In this document: positions 37,267 through 49,116 of the stretch, in pieces | Layout: the number at the start of each line of letters is the position of its first letter | How positions within the stretch are numbered: position 1 is the stretch's first letter | Assembly: GCF_000315625.1 (NCBI RefSeq) | Contig: NW_005434643.1 | Coordinates: 1-64,000, forward strand | Origin: Guillardia theta CCMP2712 | Lineage: Eukaryota; Protista; Cryptophyta | Reading direction: 5' to 3' | Length of the DNA stretch: 64,000 nt | Position numbers and translations under genes: made by a program | The notes under the pieces: model-generated | What the model saw: the letters and a program-made list of their open reading frames with translations, nothing else | Database searches by the model: none | Told to the model about the DNA's origin: nothing

Positions 37267-40200
37267 ATGTCCAGTTCATCTCAGGAATTCATGTCGGCTC
37301 GAGCCAGACAGCTGCAGGCAGATGTGCTTGTGCATGAAGTTTATGAATCTGGTGGTTCAAACATGTCCAATGAGTCCTTTGGAAGCAGCGACAGCGATTT
37401 CAGGTTCATTCCCAATGAAGCAGAAATGGAGCACTATGCGAGAGTTCTTAATAACCCTGGGCAGATCATGCCTCATGGAGTATTTCTTCTTGTAGATGAG
37501 TCTGACAAGTTGAAGATCAAAGCTGCCAGCTCAAACACAGACAGCATTCTTGGATGGCCTTGCGAGGAGTTGCTGGGAAGAGCTATGCTGGATCTGTTTG
37601 AAGAGAAGCAGCGAATCGAGACGGCTCTCGTAGCCAAGAGCCTTGATCTGGTGAACCCCATCACTGTGAACATTGCCAAGAGGACCGATGATGACATTGG
37701 AGGAACGGTAAATCTCATCATGCACAGGGCTGCGGACGGCCTCGTCGTTGACGTCGAGCAACTGGACCCTTCCGAGAATGCCTTCGCTGCGCATCAGCGT
37801 GTGCGTGCTGCTATCGATCGTCTGAATATGATGGACAGCCAGCAGAAGCTATGCGAGCAGGTTTGCAATGACTTCTTCGACATCTTCGGCTACGACAGGG
37901 TCATGGTGTACTATTTCCATGAAGACTGCCATGGGGAAGTCGTTGCTGAAAGGACCGTTGAAAATCTTGATGACTCGTATCTTGGTTTGCACTATCCTGC
38001 TACCGATCTTCCGCAGCGCATTCGTGACCAGTACAAGTCTGAGCATGTCAGATTGATTATGGACAGCAATGCTAACCATTCGGACATTATCATGCTAGAC
38101 AAGAGTAAATCGTCAAGCACCATATCTTTGGGTGGTTCTACACTTCGAAGAGCGCACAAGTGCCATTTGGAGTATTTGAACAACATGGGTGTTACAGCAT
38201 CAATCGGTCTTGCTCTCGTAGTGAAGGATCAATTGTGGGGACTGATCATTGGTCACCACATGTCTCCCAAATTCGTTTCCTATCAGATGCGAATGGCAGG
38301 AGATTTCTTGGCCCAGGCGTTTTCTATGCGTGTGGCAAATTTGCTTGACCTTGAGGTGAAAATATGATCATGCGTCAAATCTTCTAATTCAACTTTGAAC
38401 AGGCTCACAAAAGGCATGATAGGAACCTTGAATTGCATGCCAAACTTTGTGACATCATGAGCGAGCAAGGAATGAATCCCGGCTTGCGGCTCAAGGGTCT
38501 TGTGTCTTCTGCGCCAAATCTGATGGATCTTGTTCCTGGAGTGTCCGGAGCTGCAGTTAGCTACCAGGGCAGAATCACCTCAGTTGGTCAGACACCCGGG
38601 CAGGTGACATTTCTTGGCGGAAAAGGTTTCTTGCATGTTTTGTTTACTTTGTTTGCAGACTTCCATCCGAATGATTTTGAATGCCGTACAAGCAAGGTGG
38701 ATGAATTCTTCTGACGGCAAACAAGTGAGATCCCTCTGATCTACCCTTGTGTTGCTTTGTTAAAAGTTGTTCCTTGTCAGGTCTGCTGCTGGGATAAGAT
38801 GTCCGATTTGAGCGAGTCCTTTGAAACGTTTTCAAACATTGCAGCTGGTGTTCTGTTGGTTCCTGTCCTCGAAGATGGAGTTTTGATGCTTTTCCGTCCT
38901 GAACTCTCGACGACGATCAGATGGGCCGGTAACCCTGCAGCCCCTGCTTCGCGTGAAAAGAAGACAGGTGTGATCCTTGTGTCTCTCTTGCCAGGAGCCT
39001 CACTTCTTGCTCAGGTGCTATGCATCCTCGTGCATCTTTTGAAATCTTCTCGGATGCAGTGAAAGGACAATGCGCACCTTGGCTGAAGTGGCAGGTTGAT
39101 GCTGCGTCCGGCCTTGGATTGCTTGTCAACGACCTTGGACGTGGCAGCGATCTTCCTGGAACCGATTTGCTCGAGCGTGTAGCTGATGCTCAAATGAAGA
39201 ACAAAACAGAAGCAAGCTCTGCACGTACTGAAATGATTCACTTGATGGATTCCGTGAAAGCCCCAGTCTTCGGTTTGGATTGCGACCTTCGAATCGTCCA
39301 ATGGAACAACATGTGTGTGCAGTTGACCGGGTTTACCAAGGAGGAAGCGATGGGAAAGAACTTGCTTGATTTGGTCCCCAAAAAGCTGCAAGAATCTCTC
39401 CAATCTGTTCTTAAGCATGCACTCCGTGGGGAACAAGTTCGTGCGTACGAGTTCAGCATCTCAAAGGCGCGTGCTTCGGAGCTTCCTGTGATAGCTCGCC
39501 AGGTCGACCTGTTGTTGAACGCATCCGGAAAGTATGATACCAATGGAGTCTGCACGGGAGTGAACTGTGTTTGCCAAGACATCACTATGCAGAAGATGTC
39601 CAAGGGCAAGCAGGAAGTTCTTGGGGCTCAGTTGGAGCAGATTTCTAAGCTTGCCATTCAAATGCAACCGAATGGATTCGATGCCACTGAATCACAATTT
39701 GAGTTCATGCCAAACAAAGAAGACGCTCTGCTGGGAGAAGGCGCGTTCGGAAAGACTTATAGAATGAAAAATACGATTGATGACATGGCATATGCTGTCA
39801 AAATGATCAACGTGAAGAAGCTGCAGAGAAATGGAATGTCTGTGCAGTCTTTGAAGAGAGAAGTTCAGATGCTTCTGCAGTTGAATTCCGCATACATTGT
39901 TCGTTATTACACATGCTTCATGCGCAAGAACGGCAAGTATTTCTGTATTGTGATGGAGTTGGCTGCTGGTGGAACACTGTCCGAGCTAGTAAAAAAGCGA
40001 AGAGCTGGAGAAGTACCTGAGGAGCGTATACGTATGTTGGCGCACCAGATGGCCAACGCTCTGGCGCATATTCATTCCAAGAAGATGCTGCATAGGGATT
40101 TGAAACCAGACAACGTGCTGTTGTCAGGAGATGGTTTGGAGATCAAGGTGATTGTCAGAATTAACCCTGATCTGTGTCGTGATGTGATGTAGGTAACGGA

Positions 40201-41621
40201 CTTTGGTTTGGCTTGTGTTGCATCTTCTGCTGGAGCAAACTCCAGAGCTGGTACTTTGACGTATTCCTCGCCGGAGAAAGCAGGATCCAAGGTGAAAACC
40301 ACGTTTTTTAGCTAGCTGCGTGTAAGCCCTGGTTTGCAGGGTTACGACAGCAAGGATGATATCTGGGCGCTCGGCTGTATTCTGGTGGAACTGATCACTG
40401 GCGTTCCACTTGGAGCTCGATGTGCTGGAGGAGTCTTTGCATTCAACAAGGAGCTCATTGCACGAACAATCGCTGAATGCAAACAGGAAAGTCAACGGTT
40501 GGGCTCTGTAGTCGAGATGTTGCTCAGCCTGCAGCCCAACTCGCGTCCTTCAGCTGAGGAAGTTGCAGTCATGCTGGAGACCAAGAGGTCCACGAGAGTG
40601 ACCAAAGAGGAAGCTGAGGAGTTCTGCGAGGAGTACCTCTGCTCGATCTGTCAGAGCTTGGTGGTGGATGCTCATACTATGTGTGAGGATGACCACGTGT
40701 TTTGTGGCATCTGTTTGAAGCAATGGCTGAAGACCAAGCAAGTGTGTCCTACTTGCCGTAAGCCTTCAACCCACATCCGCAGGCAGAAGATTGTCAACAA
40801 TGTCGCAGAGAAGCTTGCGCAGAAGTTCCTCAGTCCGGAAGAGCTGGAAGAAAGGAAGGAGAAGCAAAAGGCCTCTGAAGTAGCTATGGCTGAAGAAGCC
40901 ACTCGTGTGCGAAACGAGCTCTCAGAAAGCTCTAGGGGTGCTGGCCAAGTTCCCTGGGTGTATCGTTCTGGCGTTGCACAACTTGGAAGTGGCTGTACTT
41001 TGCTCCTGCATCCTGGAACAGGCGCATTGGTTGAACTCTTCCACATAAATGGATGGTTTCGATTCCGTGCGGATAGAAATGCGGAGCCTCGTTGGTGCAA
41101 CAGCTGCTGTATCATCGGTGAAAGTGACTTTGGAGCTCCTGATATCGTGGAAGTATTGGATGCTGGCCAGGTTTGACCAGAGGCCTTCTGAGTGCCCGAC
41201 TTTCTTCTGACTTGTTTCTGGTTGGTGAACACCAGGGTCGAAATGTTCCGTATGATGGCATCGAAGACTTGAACCAGAGTGACTTCTGGACCTCGAGGGT
41301 TCGATCCTCCAAGGTGAAACAAAGAAGGGAGTGGGTGACGACGATGGTTGACCAAGATGTAGGTCGTGCTCTCCAATGCTGACGAGGAGACGCTAATCCT
41401 CCTCCCTGAGGGAGGTCTCATCTGGCTTTCTCACTACGGCATGGACAAGGTTGTATGGTCCCTTGCTGTGTGATTGGCTTGCTAACTCCTCATCTCTTCC
41501 TTCCCCCCACTTACTTCCCTTTCCTCCCTCTCAGGGCCTAGTTGTCAAGTCATCACTCTCCGCCTCCCAGGACTCCAGTGCTATCGAGGTTGCAAAACAA
41601 GTGAAGAAAGTCCGCCCCTGA
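37267..41621 (+). CDS. PEK: Phytochrome-eukaryotic kinase hybrid: NTE-PAS-GAF-PHY-PAS-Ser/Thr kinase-RING(C3HC4)-coiled coil-unknown C-terminal domain
   Basis: Photosensor: GQIMPHG, GYDRVMVYYFHEDCHGEVVAE, YLGLHYPATDLP, LRRAHKCHLEYLNNMGV (GAF bilin Cys), LWGLIIGHH, WAGNP and MHPRASF. PAS: IVQWN...LTGFTKEEAMGK. Kinase: GEGAFG, AVK, HRDLKPDN, DFG, GTLTYSSPE and DIWALG. RING: CSIC-x10-C-x3-H-x2-C-x2-C-x10-CPTC. Confidence 0.95.
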
Positions 41622-41942
41622 AATCTCCGCAGGTCATGACCAGAGACGCCGCGCGTTCCATGCTCGGAGGCGATGTTGACGCACTGCTGATGAGGTGACC
41701 ACACCAATAGATCCATAGCTACTTGTTTAGCCTCGTGTAGAGAATCTAAGTTGCGAGAGTTTCTTACTTTGGTATTCCGTTTCAGCACTCAATCTGGCTA
41801 GGCTGGCAAGAGGAACATGAAATGATGACTTGATTGCTTCAGCATCAAGCTCGTAACTTTTGCTTGCTGTTTGTAACGTTTGCATAGTACACCTATCCTG
41901 TAGAGATCCTAGCCTCCCTCTACTCCTGGCAACATGTCTCCA

Positions 41943-43805
41943 TCAGTTGGCATCCTTAGTTTTCCTGTCATCACATTCAATCGCTGCAACGACAAAAGTG
42001 ATAATGTACAACTTGTGCTGGTCGTGCTGAGCGCGCAGGTCCTGCAAGAACAAGAGGAGCCGCCGACGTTCTCCCAGCCGTTCAATTCCCAACTCCTGCA
42101 CACAAGTCAGAGGGAGGGAGGGAGTTAGAGCAAGGGGGGAGGGAGGGAGGTAGCCAAAGGAAAGGGGAAGGGAGGAAGGGGAGAGAAAATTGCAGGAGGT
42201 GGGGGTACCGTCTTGATCTCCTCCTCGTCGTCCTCCGTCAGTGTAAGCGCGACCCTGCCGTCGATCTTGGACTTTTGAATCGCTTCCACACAACCTGCGA
42301 TGCTCCATCAAGGGAAGAGGCTCCGAAGAGAGGTCCCACCTGCAAGGTCCGCCTTCTCAAGCATGTAGCAGAGATCGTCCGTGCTCCAGTCTGCCGGGTT
42401 TTGGCTGGAGAGGAGAGTGAGGAAGACGGCAGAAGAGGAGCGAACTCTGCTAACCTAGGCGCAGGCCGCATGCTGTATTTCTTCTCCCAATCCTGCGATG
42501 GCCAAATTTTGTCAGGAGGGAGGACACGAGGCAGGGCCAGCAATAAAGATGAAAATGCATTATGAAACATCGAGGCAGAGTGGCAGACAGAAGGAGGGAA
42601 CTGGGAACGAACGTGATGATGGCAAGGGATGGAGGAGGTGGAGAAGGACTGCACCTGCAACGCAAGTTTTCGAGCCTCCTCCTCGTCATAGGTGAGGCTC
42701 TTTGACTCCCCTGGGCTGGTGCTGACACTAGCCTCGTCCAACCGGAGAGAGGAGCTGGTCTTGCTGAAGGCAGCCTTGAGCCGCTCCTTCTCCTTTGTCC
42801 AACCCCACAAGGCGATGGCGAAAGCTGCTGCTGAGACCGTCAGCTTCAGCGCCATGTAAGGGGTCGCCGTTGTGCTCTCCACAATCACATTGACAGGCCC
42901 CTTGATAACGAAGGGGTTGGGGACGATGTCAAGGAACTGCGAGGCGAACATGTCGGGGAGGAGAGGACGAAATACAGGATCGAGGAAGAGTGGACGGAGG
43001 GGGTCGAGAATCTGGATCGTCTTCACCACCTGCAACATGGTCAGAGACGACGGGAGGAGGGACAAGCAGCCACCTCGAAGGTCTTGGCTGGAACCATCGC
43101 CACCCACGCGTTGAAGAAAGGGAGGAGAGAGGCCACGAGAAGGCCCAGGAGCGAGCGGGCCCGAGGAAAGTAGGCGATCATGGAGGCGACCAGGGCCGTG
43201 AGGGCCGTGAGGAAAGAGGAGATTGTCCCTAAGAGGACCGGCTGAAAGAATGCAAGGCCGGCACCGAGGAACATGGAAGCTGGTGTAAGACAGACGGCGA
43301 GCATGTTGAACATGAGCACGGTCACAGCAGTTGCTGCGGAGAGCGCGATCCAAGCTGAGGATGCGATGGGGTACACAGCCATGCAGACGAGGAGGATGAG
43401 GACAAGCTTCTTGGGGGAGTCGGGCGTCACCCTCCTCACCATGGCTGCCACCCTCTCCCTCCTCTCCGTGAGCCTTGCTATCCTCGCTGGCATCTTCTCA
43501 ATCATCTTGCTCATCTTCCTTGAGATCTTCGACTCCAGTCGCTCCATCCTGGCAGCAAGACGTTGACGCTTCCTCTCCGCCTTGTCCTTGAAACGCTGAA
43601 GACCAGGAGCAGGCTCGGGGCTGGACAACTCGTCAACCATATGGAGCAAGCAAACTGTTGGGGAGGTTCTGCGACTTCGATCCATCGGAAGGCTCGAAGG
43701 TGATGAAGAGAGAAGAGACGATCTTGCAAGGAAAAGACCAGGTTGGAAGCCATCCACTAGCGCCAGGCCAGCGATGAGACACCAGGTTCTTATGGCTCCT
43801 GACAT
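41943..43805 (-). CDS. Plastid-targeted multi-pass membrane protein with C-terminal SAM domain, multi-exon
   Basis: Signal MSGAIRTWCLIAGLALVDG-F plus a Ser/Arg-rich transit peptide and several hydrophobic helices. The spliced C-terminus NPADWSTDDLCYMLEKADLA/GCVEAIQKSKIDGRVALTLTEDDEEEIKT/ELGIERLGERRRLLLFLQDLR matches the SAM consensus. Confidence 0.78.
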
Positions 43806-44519
43806 GCTCGACTGAATGGTGATGGTGGTGGAGTTGTAGCACCTGCCTCGTGCTCTTTCTGTTGCAACTGCCCTGTGCTGCTCTACCTGACGGGTTTGTT
43901 TGGCTGAGCGACGACAAAGAGGGTGTGACGAAGGGCTTCCAATCAGCTGTCCGTCAAAAGTAGGATGGTGTCTCTGCACAAGGGAACGAGGATAAAATCA
44001 GTATCAACAATAGAGATGAAATACTTTCTCCGCGTGTCTCATGAAAAAATTCTAGTGCTACAGACTTCCTGCTAAGTATATGATGCCACGCAAGCAAACC
44101 TGTCACTACTCTTCTGTTTGAACATCCTTCCCGGACAACACCTGCAAACTCGGAGTTGCAACCCTTGGCTGTTCTTCTCCTCCCCTTTCATGCTCTTTGG
44201 CCCGTTTTGACCCTCATGTGCTCGATGCCTCACCTAACTCATCTTCATCAGCTAATCCTCGATAACTTGTCTGTTCCTCTCTCGATCTTCCCCTTCTCAC
44301 CGCCTATCTCCCCTTCTCTCGGGAATCCCTGCCTCGACCGTCCCTTCATCTTCCAACATACCCAGCCGTCCCTTGCCCTCCATTGCATCTACTCTGATCC
44401 TGGTCTCTGTGCATTGTATATCTTGTCCTCTGTTCTGTCCCTCACATCCTCCGTCTCCTCGCTTCCTCTCCCTCCGCTCCTCCTTACCTCACTGGATGTT
44501 CGCCATGCAAGGCTGTAAA

Positions 44520-45420
44520 CGAAAAATTGCAAGGTGGGGGTACACCAACTTATGGGGTGGGGTACAAAATTGACCCATACATAAGGAGTGAAGCGAGTCA
44601 GGAGAGTAATTGAGGTAGGGTAATGACAGGTCAAATATGGGGTAGTGAAAATTATTGGGGGTAGGGGGTAGAGAAATAATCCAATATGAGAGGGTAGGGT
44701 GATTGTTGCGGGGGTGGAGAAGTTTGATTCTTGTTTGTGCGAAAAAATTCTTAGTGACATGACCTTATGGGGTAGGGGTGAGTACCCTACCTACTCATAT
44801 ACATTTTTTCGACATTTTTTCTACCAAGAGTACCCCTACAACATGCGCATAAAGCAATGACTACCCACCCACTTGCATAGTGATCTGGCACTGAAGCCCG
44901 AGGCTGACTCGGCTCAGTTCTCAGTCACTTCAAGAGTGCCTAGCCTGAGCGGCCGGGCAACTTGCAAGTTCCCCGGGCCCGGTTCGGAAGTCACAAGTTC
45001 ACTCAGAGACTGACGCGGCTGACTCTCACTGATCGACTGAACTTGATCACCCAGTGCCCCGGCCGGAGCGCCGTTTGTGAATCGCTTCACTTGAATGCCT
45101 TGAACTCGGAATGCATTCAAGTGAAGCCGTCACGGCCGTACGGTCCGATCGGACCTTACTGCCAGACGGGAGGATCCCGCCCCGGACCGGCCCTGACCGT
45201 GGACTAACCCCTCGGGCCGTCGTGGGGCCGTAGGCTGGGCCGCCGCCGGGTGTAGCGGCCCGGTTACTACGACCGTACTGTTACCCGGTACTACCGTACG
45301 GTGGCTGACCGGTAGTAACGGGCCGGGGGCCCAGTGTGGCCCGCCCCGGCCCCCCCGGCCCGATCGGCGGACTCATGCTTCCGTGACTGTGACGGGCGGA
45401 ATCGGCTAGTCCGAGTGACG
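44520..45420. other. TACCC/GGGTA tract (44520-44880) abutting GC-rich palindromic island 4 (44890-45420)
   Basis: gggggtagggggtag and ggggtaggggtgagtaccctac, then the palindromes aacttgcaagtt, ccgggcccgg and ggtccgatcggacc. Lies between divergent genes. Confidence 0.6.
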
Positions 45421-46089
45421 GCATTTCCAGAACCCCTTCCCTGAGACAGAGAGTTCAGTAGCCCCCTGAAATCATGACAGTATATATCTCAAATTACAGT
45501 TGAAGATTTCAAAATTGCATGAAAGGCATGGGCCACGACATTTTTCTATTTCGATTGTTCGTAGGAAACCCTGGTTGAGGCCGTTGCGATGCAGAGCGAT
45601 CGAACCTGCGAAGAGGAGAGGAGAGGCCGAGGAGAGGAGAGGAGAGGAGAGGAGAGGAGAGGGGAGGGGGGGAGAGGAAGGAGTGTAGGATGAGAGGAGA
45701 GTGACGAGGCAAATAGAAGACTAGCAGCAGCAGCACACAACAGAGACAGAGCAGACACAGTAGGTGAATCCAATGAGCTGCAATGCCTGGAAACGATATT
45801 TGTGATTGAGATAATGATTGAGATAGCAGAGATGGGATAGGATGGGGCGAGGTGATGTCATGTGATGGTGGAAGATGATGATGATGAGGAGCAGCTTTTA
45901 CAGCAGCGAGAGGACGCTGGAGTAAGCCATCGATGGCAGATAGCAGGCAGGCCAAGTAAGGTCGCACACAGGAGTAGCAAGGAAAGATAGATGGGAAGAA
46001 AACTACTCACGTTAACGCCCCCCCTGCCTCGAGTCAAGAAAATGAAATGGATCATCTCCTTTGTCTCTGAGTGAATCTTGAAGGACCTG

Positions 46090-49027
46090 ATGCGAAATCC
46101 ACGGGGGACGTAGCTACTCATAGAGGCGATGCCTGCCAAGATTTGGTAGCTTTGCAGCGGCTCTTTGAAGATGATCTCTGCCCTCGGCATCCTGTTGGAG
46201 GAGGAAGAAGGAAAGCTTGTGGTACTAGACACGTTCCTCTCACTCTCAAGTCACCGAGCTGCTGCTCAGGTTCAGGCTATCTACCCAGGAGGGCCGGCTA
46301 GCATTGCATGCGATATCTCCAGAGAGAAATATGGTAGAGCTGCTGTGCTGCACCCCTGCCACCAGTGATGCTGGGGGTGGTTGACAGGGGAGGGGTGGGG
46401 CATTCAAGCAGGAGACGTTCTCTTGCGTGTCGATGACGTCGAGGTGCTCGGGCGAGATCCTGTGCAGGTTCGATCGCTGCTGCGAGGAGCCCCGGATACC
46501 AAGGTTGTGCTGCGTTTCTTGCGCAAAGAGATGGGAGAGACAAGAGGTGAGAGTGGTTGAGGTTGTTGAGGTTTGCTTCCATGTGCTGAGAGTATACAAG
46601 ATGGGAAAGGATTCTTTGACATAGAAATACAGAGGAGATCGTCAGTCAAGGACAAGTATTGCTCATCGTAGCTTGTCCATCGTTCTGATAGTTTGCTGTC
46701 AGGAGCATGATCTTCCAAGGAACCCCTGAGAGGCATCCGATGATCTCATTGCAGGTCTGTTACTTGATCCTCTTCTCCTTGCTCCTCACCTCAATCTTTT
46801 TACAGCAGAGTCATCAAGACTCGGCTATGCATGACCGAGAACTCAAAACTCCCAAGATCTTCGAGGAGTTGATGCCATCCGACAGTGTTACCCCTTGTAG
46901 ATCAGACATGAAGCCTCCAAGACTTCATGAGAACAGCCTGGGCTTTCAAGCAGCTTCTCTCAAGCAGAAAGTGGCGGAGCTAGAACAAGAGTCCGTGCTC
47001 TGTTTGCATGGCAGATGTTCTCACCCCTTCTCAGACTCCGAGAAGCAAAAAGTCAGGCTTACCTCAGCTCAAAGATAGTAGACCGTCTTCACTTCCTTGA
47101 AGACAAGCTGTTCGAGACCGAGACGAACATGCCTATCATGATAGAACAGCGGTGTGATGCCAAGTGGGGGCATGTGAGATTGGAGTTGCTTGCTGAGGTA
47201 CTGAACGAGGAGAGCGATACCTGATTCGCTGTGATTGTTTAATCCTGCAGGTGGAAGAGAAGAAGAAAGAGGCGAACGTCTTCATGAACCTGTTGAAAGA
47301 GTCAGAGGATGTTGATTCTTCCTTCACCTTGCCTTCCTCCTCACCGCCTTCGCAGAACCTCGCAAAAGCCAACGAGAAGCTGAAAGCTTACAGGGAATCG
47401 GAGGAGATGTGAGATCTTTGAGAAAGCTCATCGCGCTTCCTCCTGTCATGTCACTTCAGGTTACGTCAGCAGCTCCTGGAGACCAAACGAGACCTCAAGT
47501 CTTACAAGGAGCGAGAGCAGCAGCAGCAGCAAGCGCAGGTTGACCCGGTGCCAGTGAGCTTGCGGACTGACATGACACGTGATACGTCTCAGAGACGAGC
47601 CGAGCTTTCAAACTCCGACCATCCCGTCGACGGTGTGCTGTACAGCAGCGACAGGGAAGAGCGGAGGGTTCAGTACTACTCCTCGAGCATGAATGGATGG
47701 GGAGACTCCAAGATGACCGAGGGGCTGAAGCACAACAGTCTCATCTCCGGTCAGCTCTTGAAGCTGCTGGAAGAGAACGAGGAGCTGAGAGACTGTGAGC
47801 TCCTGCGACGGCCTGCGGCCCTCTGACCCTCCGGCAGACTCCACCAGACTTGAGCTGCAGCTGGCGGGGCAGGAGAAGTCGAGGAGGAGCCAGCGCACTA
47901 GCCCGAACTCGACGGAGCACCTGCATGAGATCGCGATGCGGTAGGTAAGACGTCGAGGAGGCGCGGGGACTGAGTGGCGGGAAGGCAAGGGGTTCACCTG
48001 CTGCGGCTGATGCTCAACTCGGAGGAGAAGTCAAGGGTGTCCAAGAGCCTCAACGAGTTTCCAGCATGGTTGGTGGCGGCGATCTTCTACTACGTGGACG
48101 ACGGGGAGGAGGAGGAGAGGGTGGAAGATCTGAGGCGCTGGATGGAAGAGAGCGAGAGCAACCAGAGCCCGCAACAGATTCAGACCCTCCTGCTCAGAAT
48201 CGCCATGTTCTTCTCCTTCCGCCAGGAGGAGCTTGCCCACTCTGTATGCTGCATCCTCGGCCTCTTCCCCCCCCCCCCTGTCACTTGCATGATCTCACCC
48301 TTCCCTCCTCGTATCTTGTCGCTCCTGACTGCCTTTCAGCTCACGTTCAAAGACGTCGCTCGAGGCGTTCGGCTCTCCCTCAAGCTCACCATCAGTTTCA
48401 GTCAGAACGTCGACGTCGTCCGACTCGCGGTCCTGTGCGTCTGCGCGGTATCGGGAGGTTGAGCATGCGAGGGAAGGTGACTGGTACCTCAGATCTGCGT
48501 CTCTCGCCCGGCAAAGCATCTCATCCACAACTCGGGTGAGCCTGTTGCTGTGCCGGTCACGAAGGGACTTGATGTTGAAGGTGTGGCAACAGGGATGTCG
48601 GATGTGATCAAACTCTCTTCTCTCCTTTCCCACGACGATGAGCTTGTCTTGTTGTTCGCCACTGAAGCTCTTTGCCACATCAACGTCATGAAGGTCTGTT
48701 GAGCTACCGCGATGACAAGGTCTGACTCTCGTGTAGAGCGTTGATCAGCTCCCCTCCACGTCTTGCTTGTCAGACTGCTGCAGTCTCCTCAAACATCACA
48801 ACGGAGACATCAGAAGAAACTGCCTACTCCTCCTCTGCCAGTTCTCCCTCAAGCCTCACCTGCAACATGTACGAAGGGAGGGATGCGAACTAGCGATCGC
48901 TAACTGGCGGCAGGTGCTCAAGGAGGAGAGGGGACTGGCTAAGACGTTGAAGTCTCTCGCTCAAAGTGAAGACCCGCTGGAGCGAAAGAGAGCAGAATGC
49001 GCCCTGGACAACATCACTAAACAATGA
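46090..49027 (+). CDS. PDZ + coiled-coil + C-terminal ARM/HEAT-like helical protein, multi-exon
   Basis: PDZ: ALGILLEEEEGKLV/VQAIYPGGPASIA...GDVLLRVDDVEVLGRDPVQVRSLLRGAPDTK. A coiled-coil middle is followed by Leu-rich helical repeats (LLKHHNGDIRRNCLLLLCQFS...EDPLERKRAECALDNI). The start is uncertain. Confidence 0.7.
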
Positions 49028-49116
49028 CAACAATCGACAAGAGACAATGGAGTTGCCGCTGTTCTTCAACTTCTATTTACACACATGTAACTTATGAATA
49101 ACACAAATGTCACCCC

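Noticed and set aside
13852-41621. cpeA and phytochrome as a bilin/light gene cluster
   Set aside because: They are 23 kb apart with unrelated genes between, and nothing suggests co-regulation. The same applies to katanin, kinesin and myosin as a cytoskeletal cluster.
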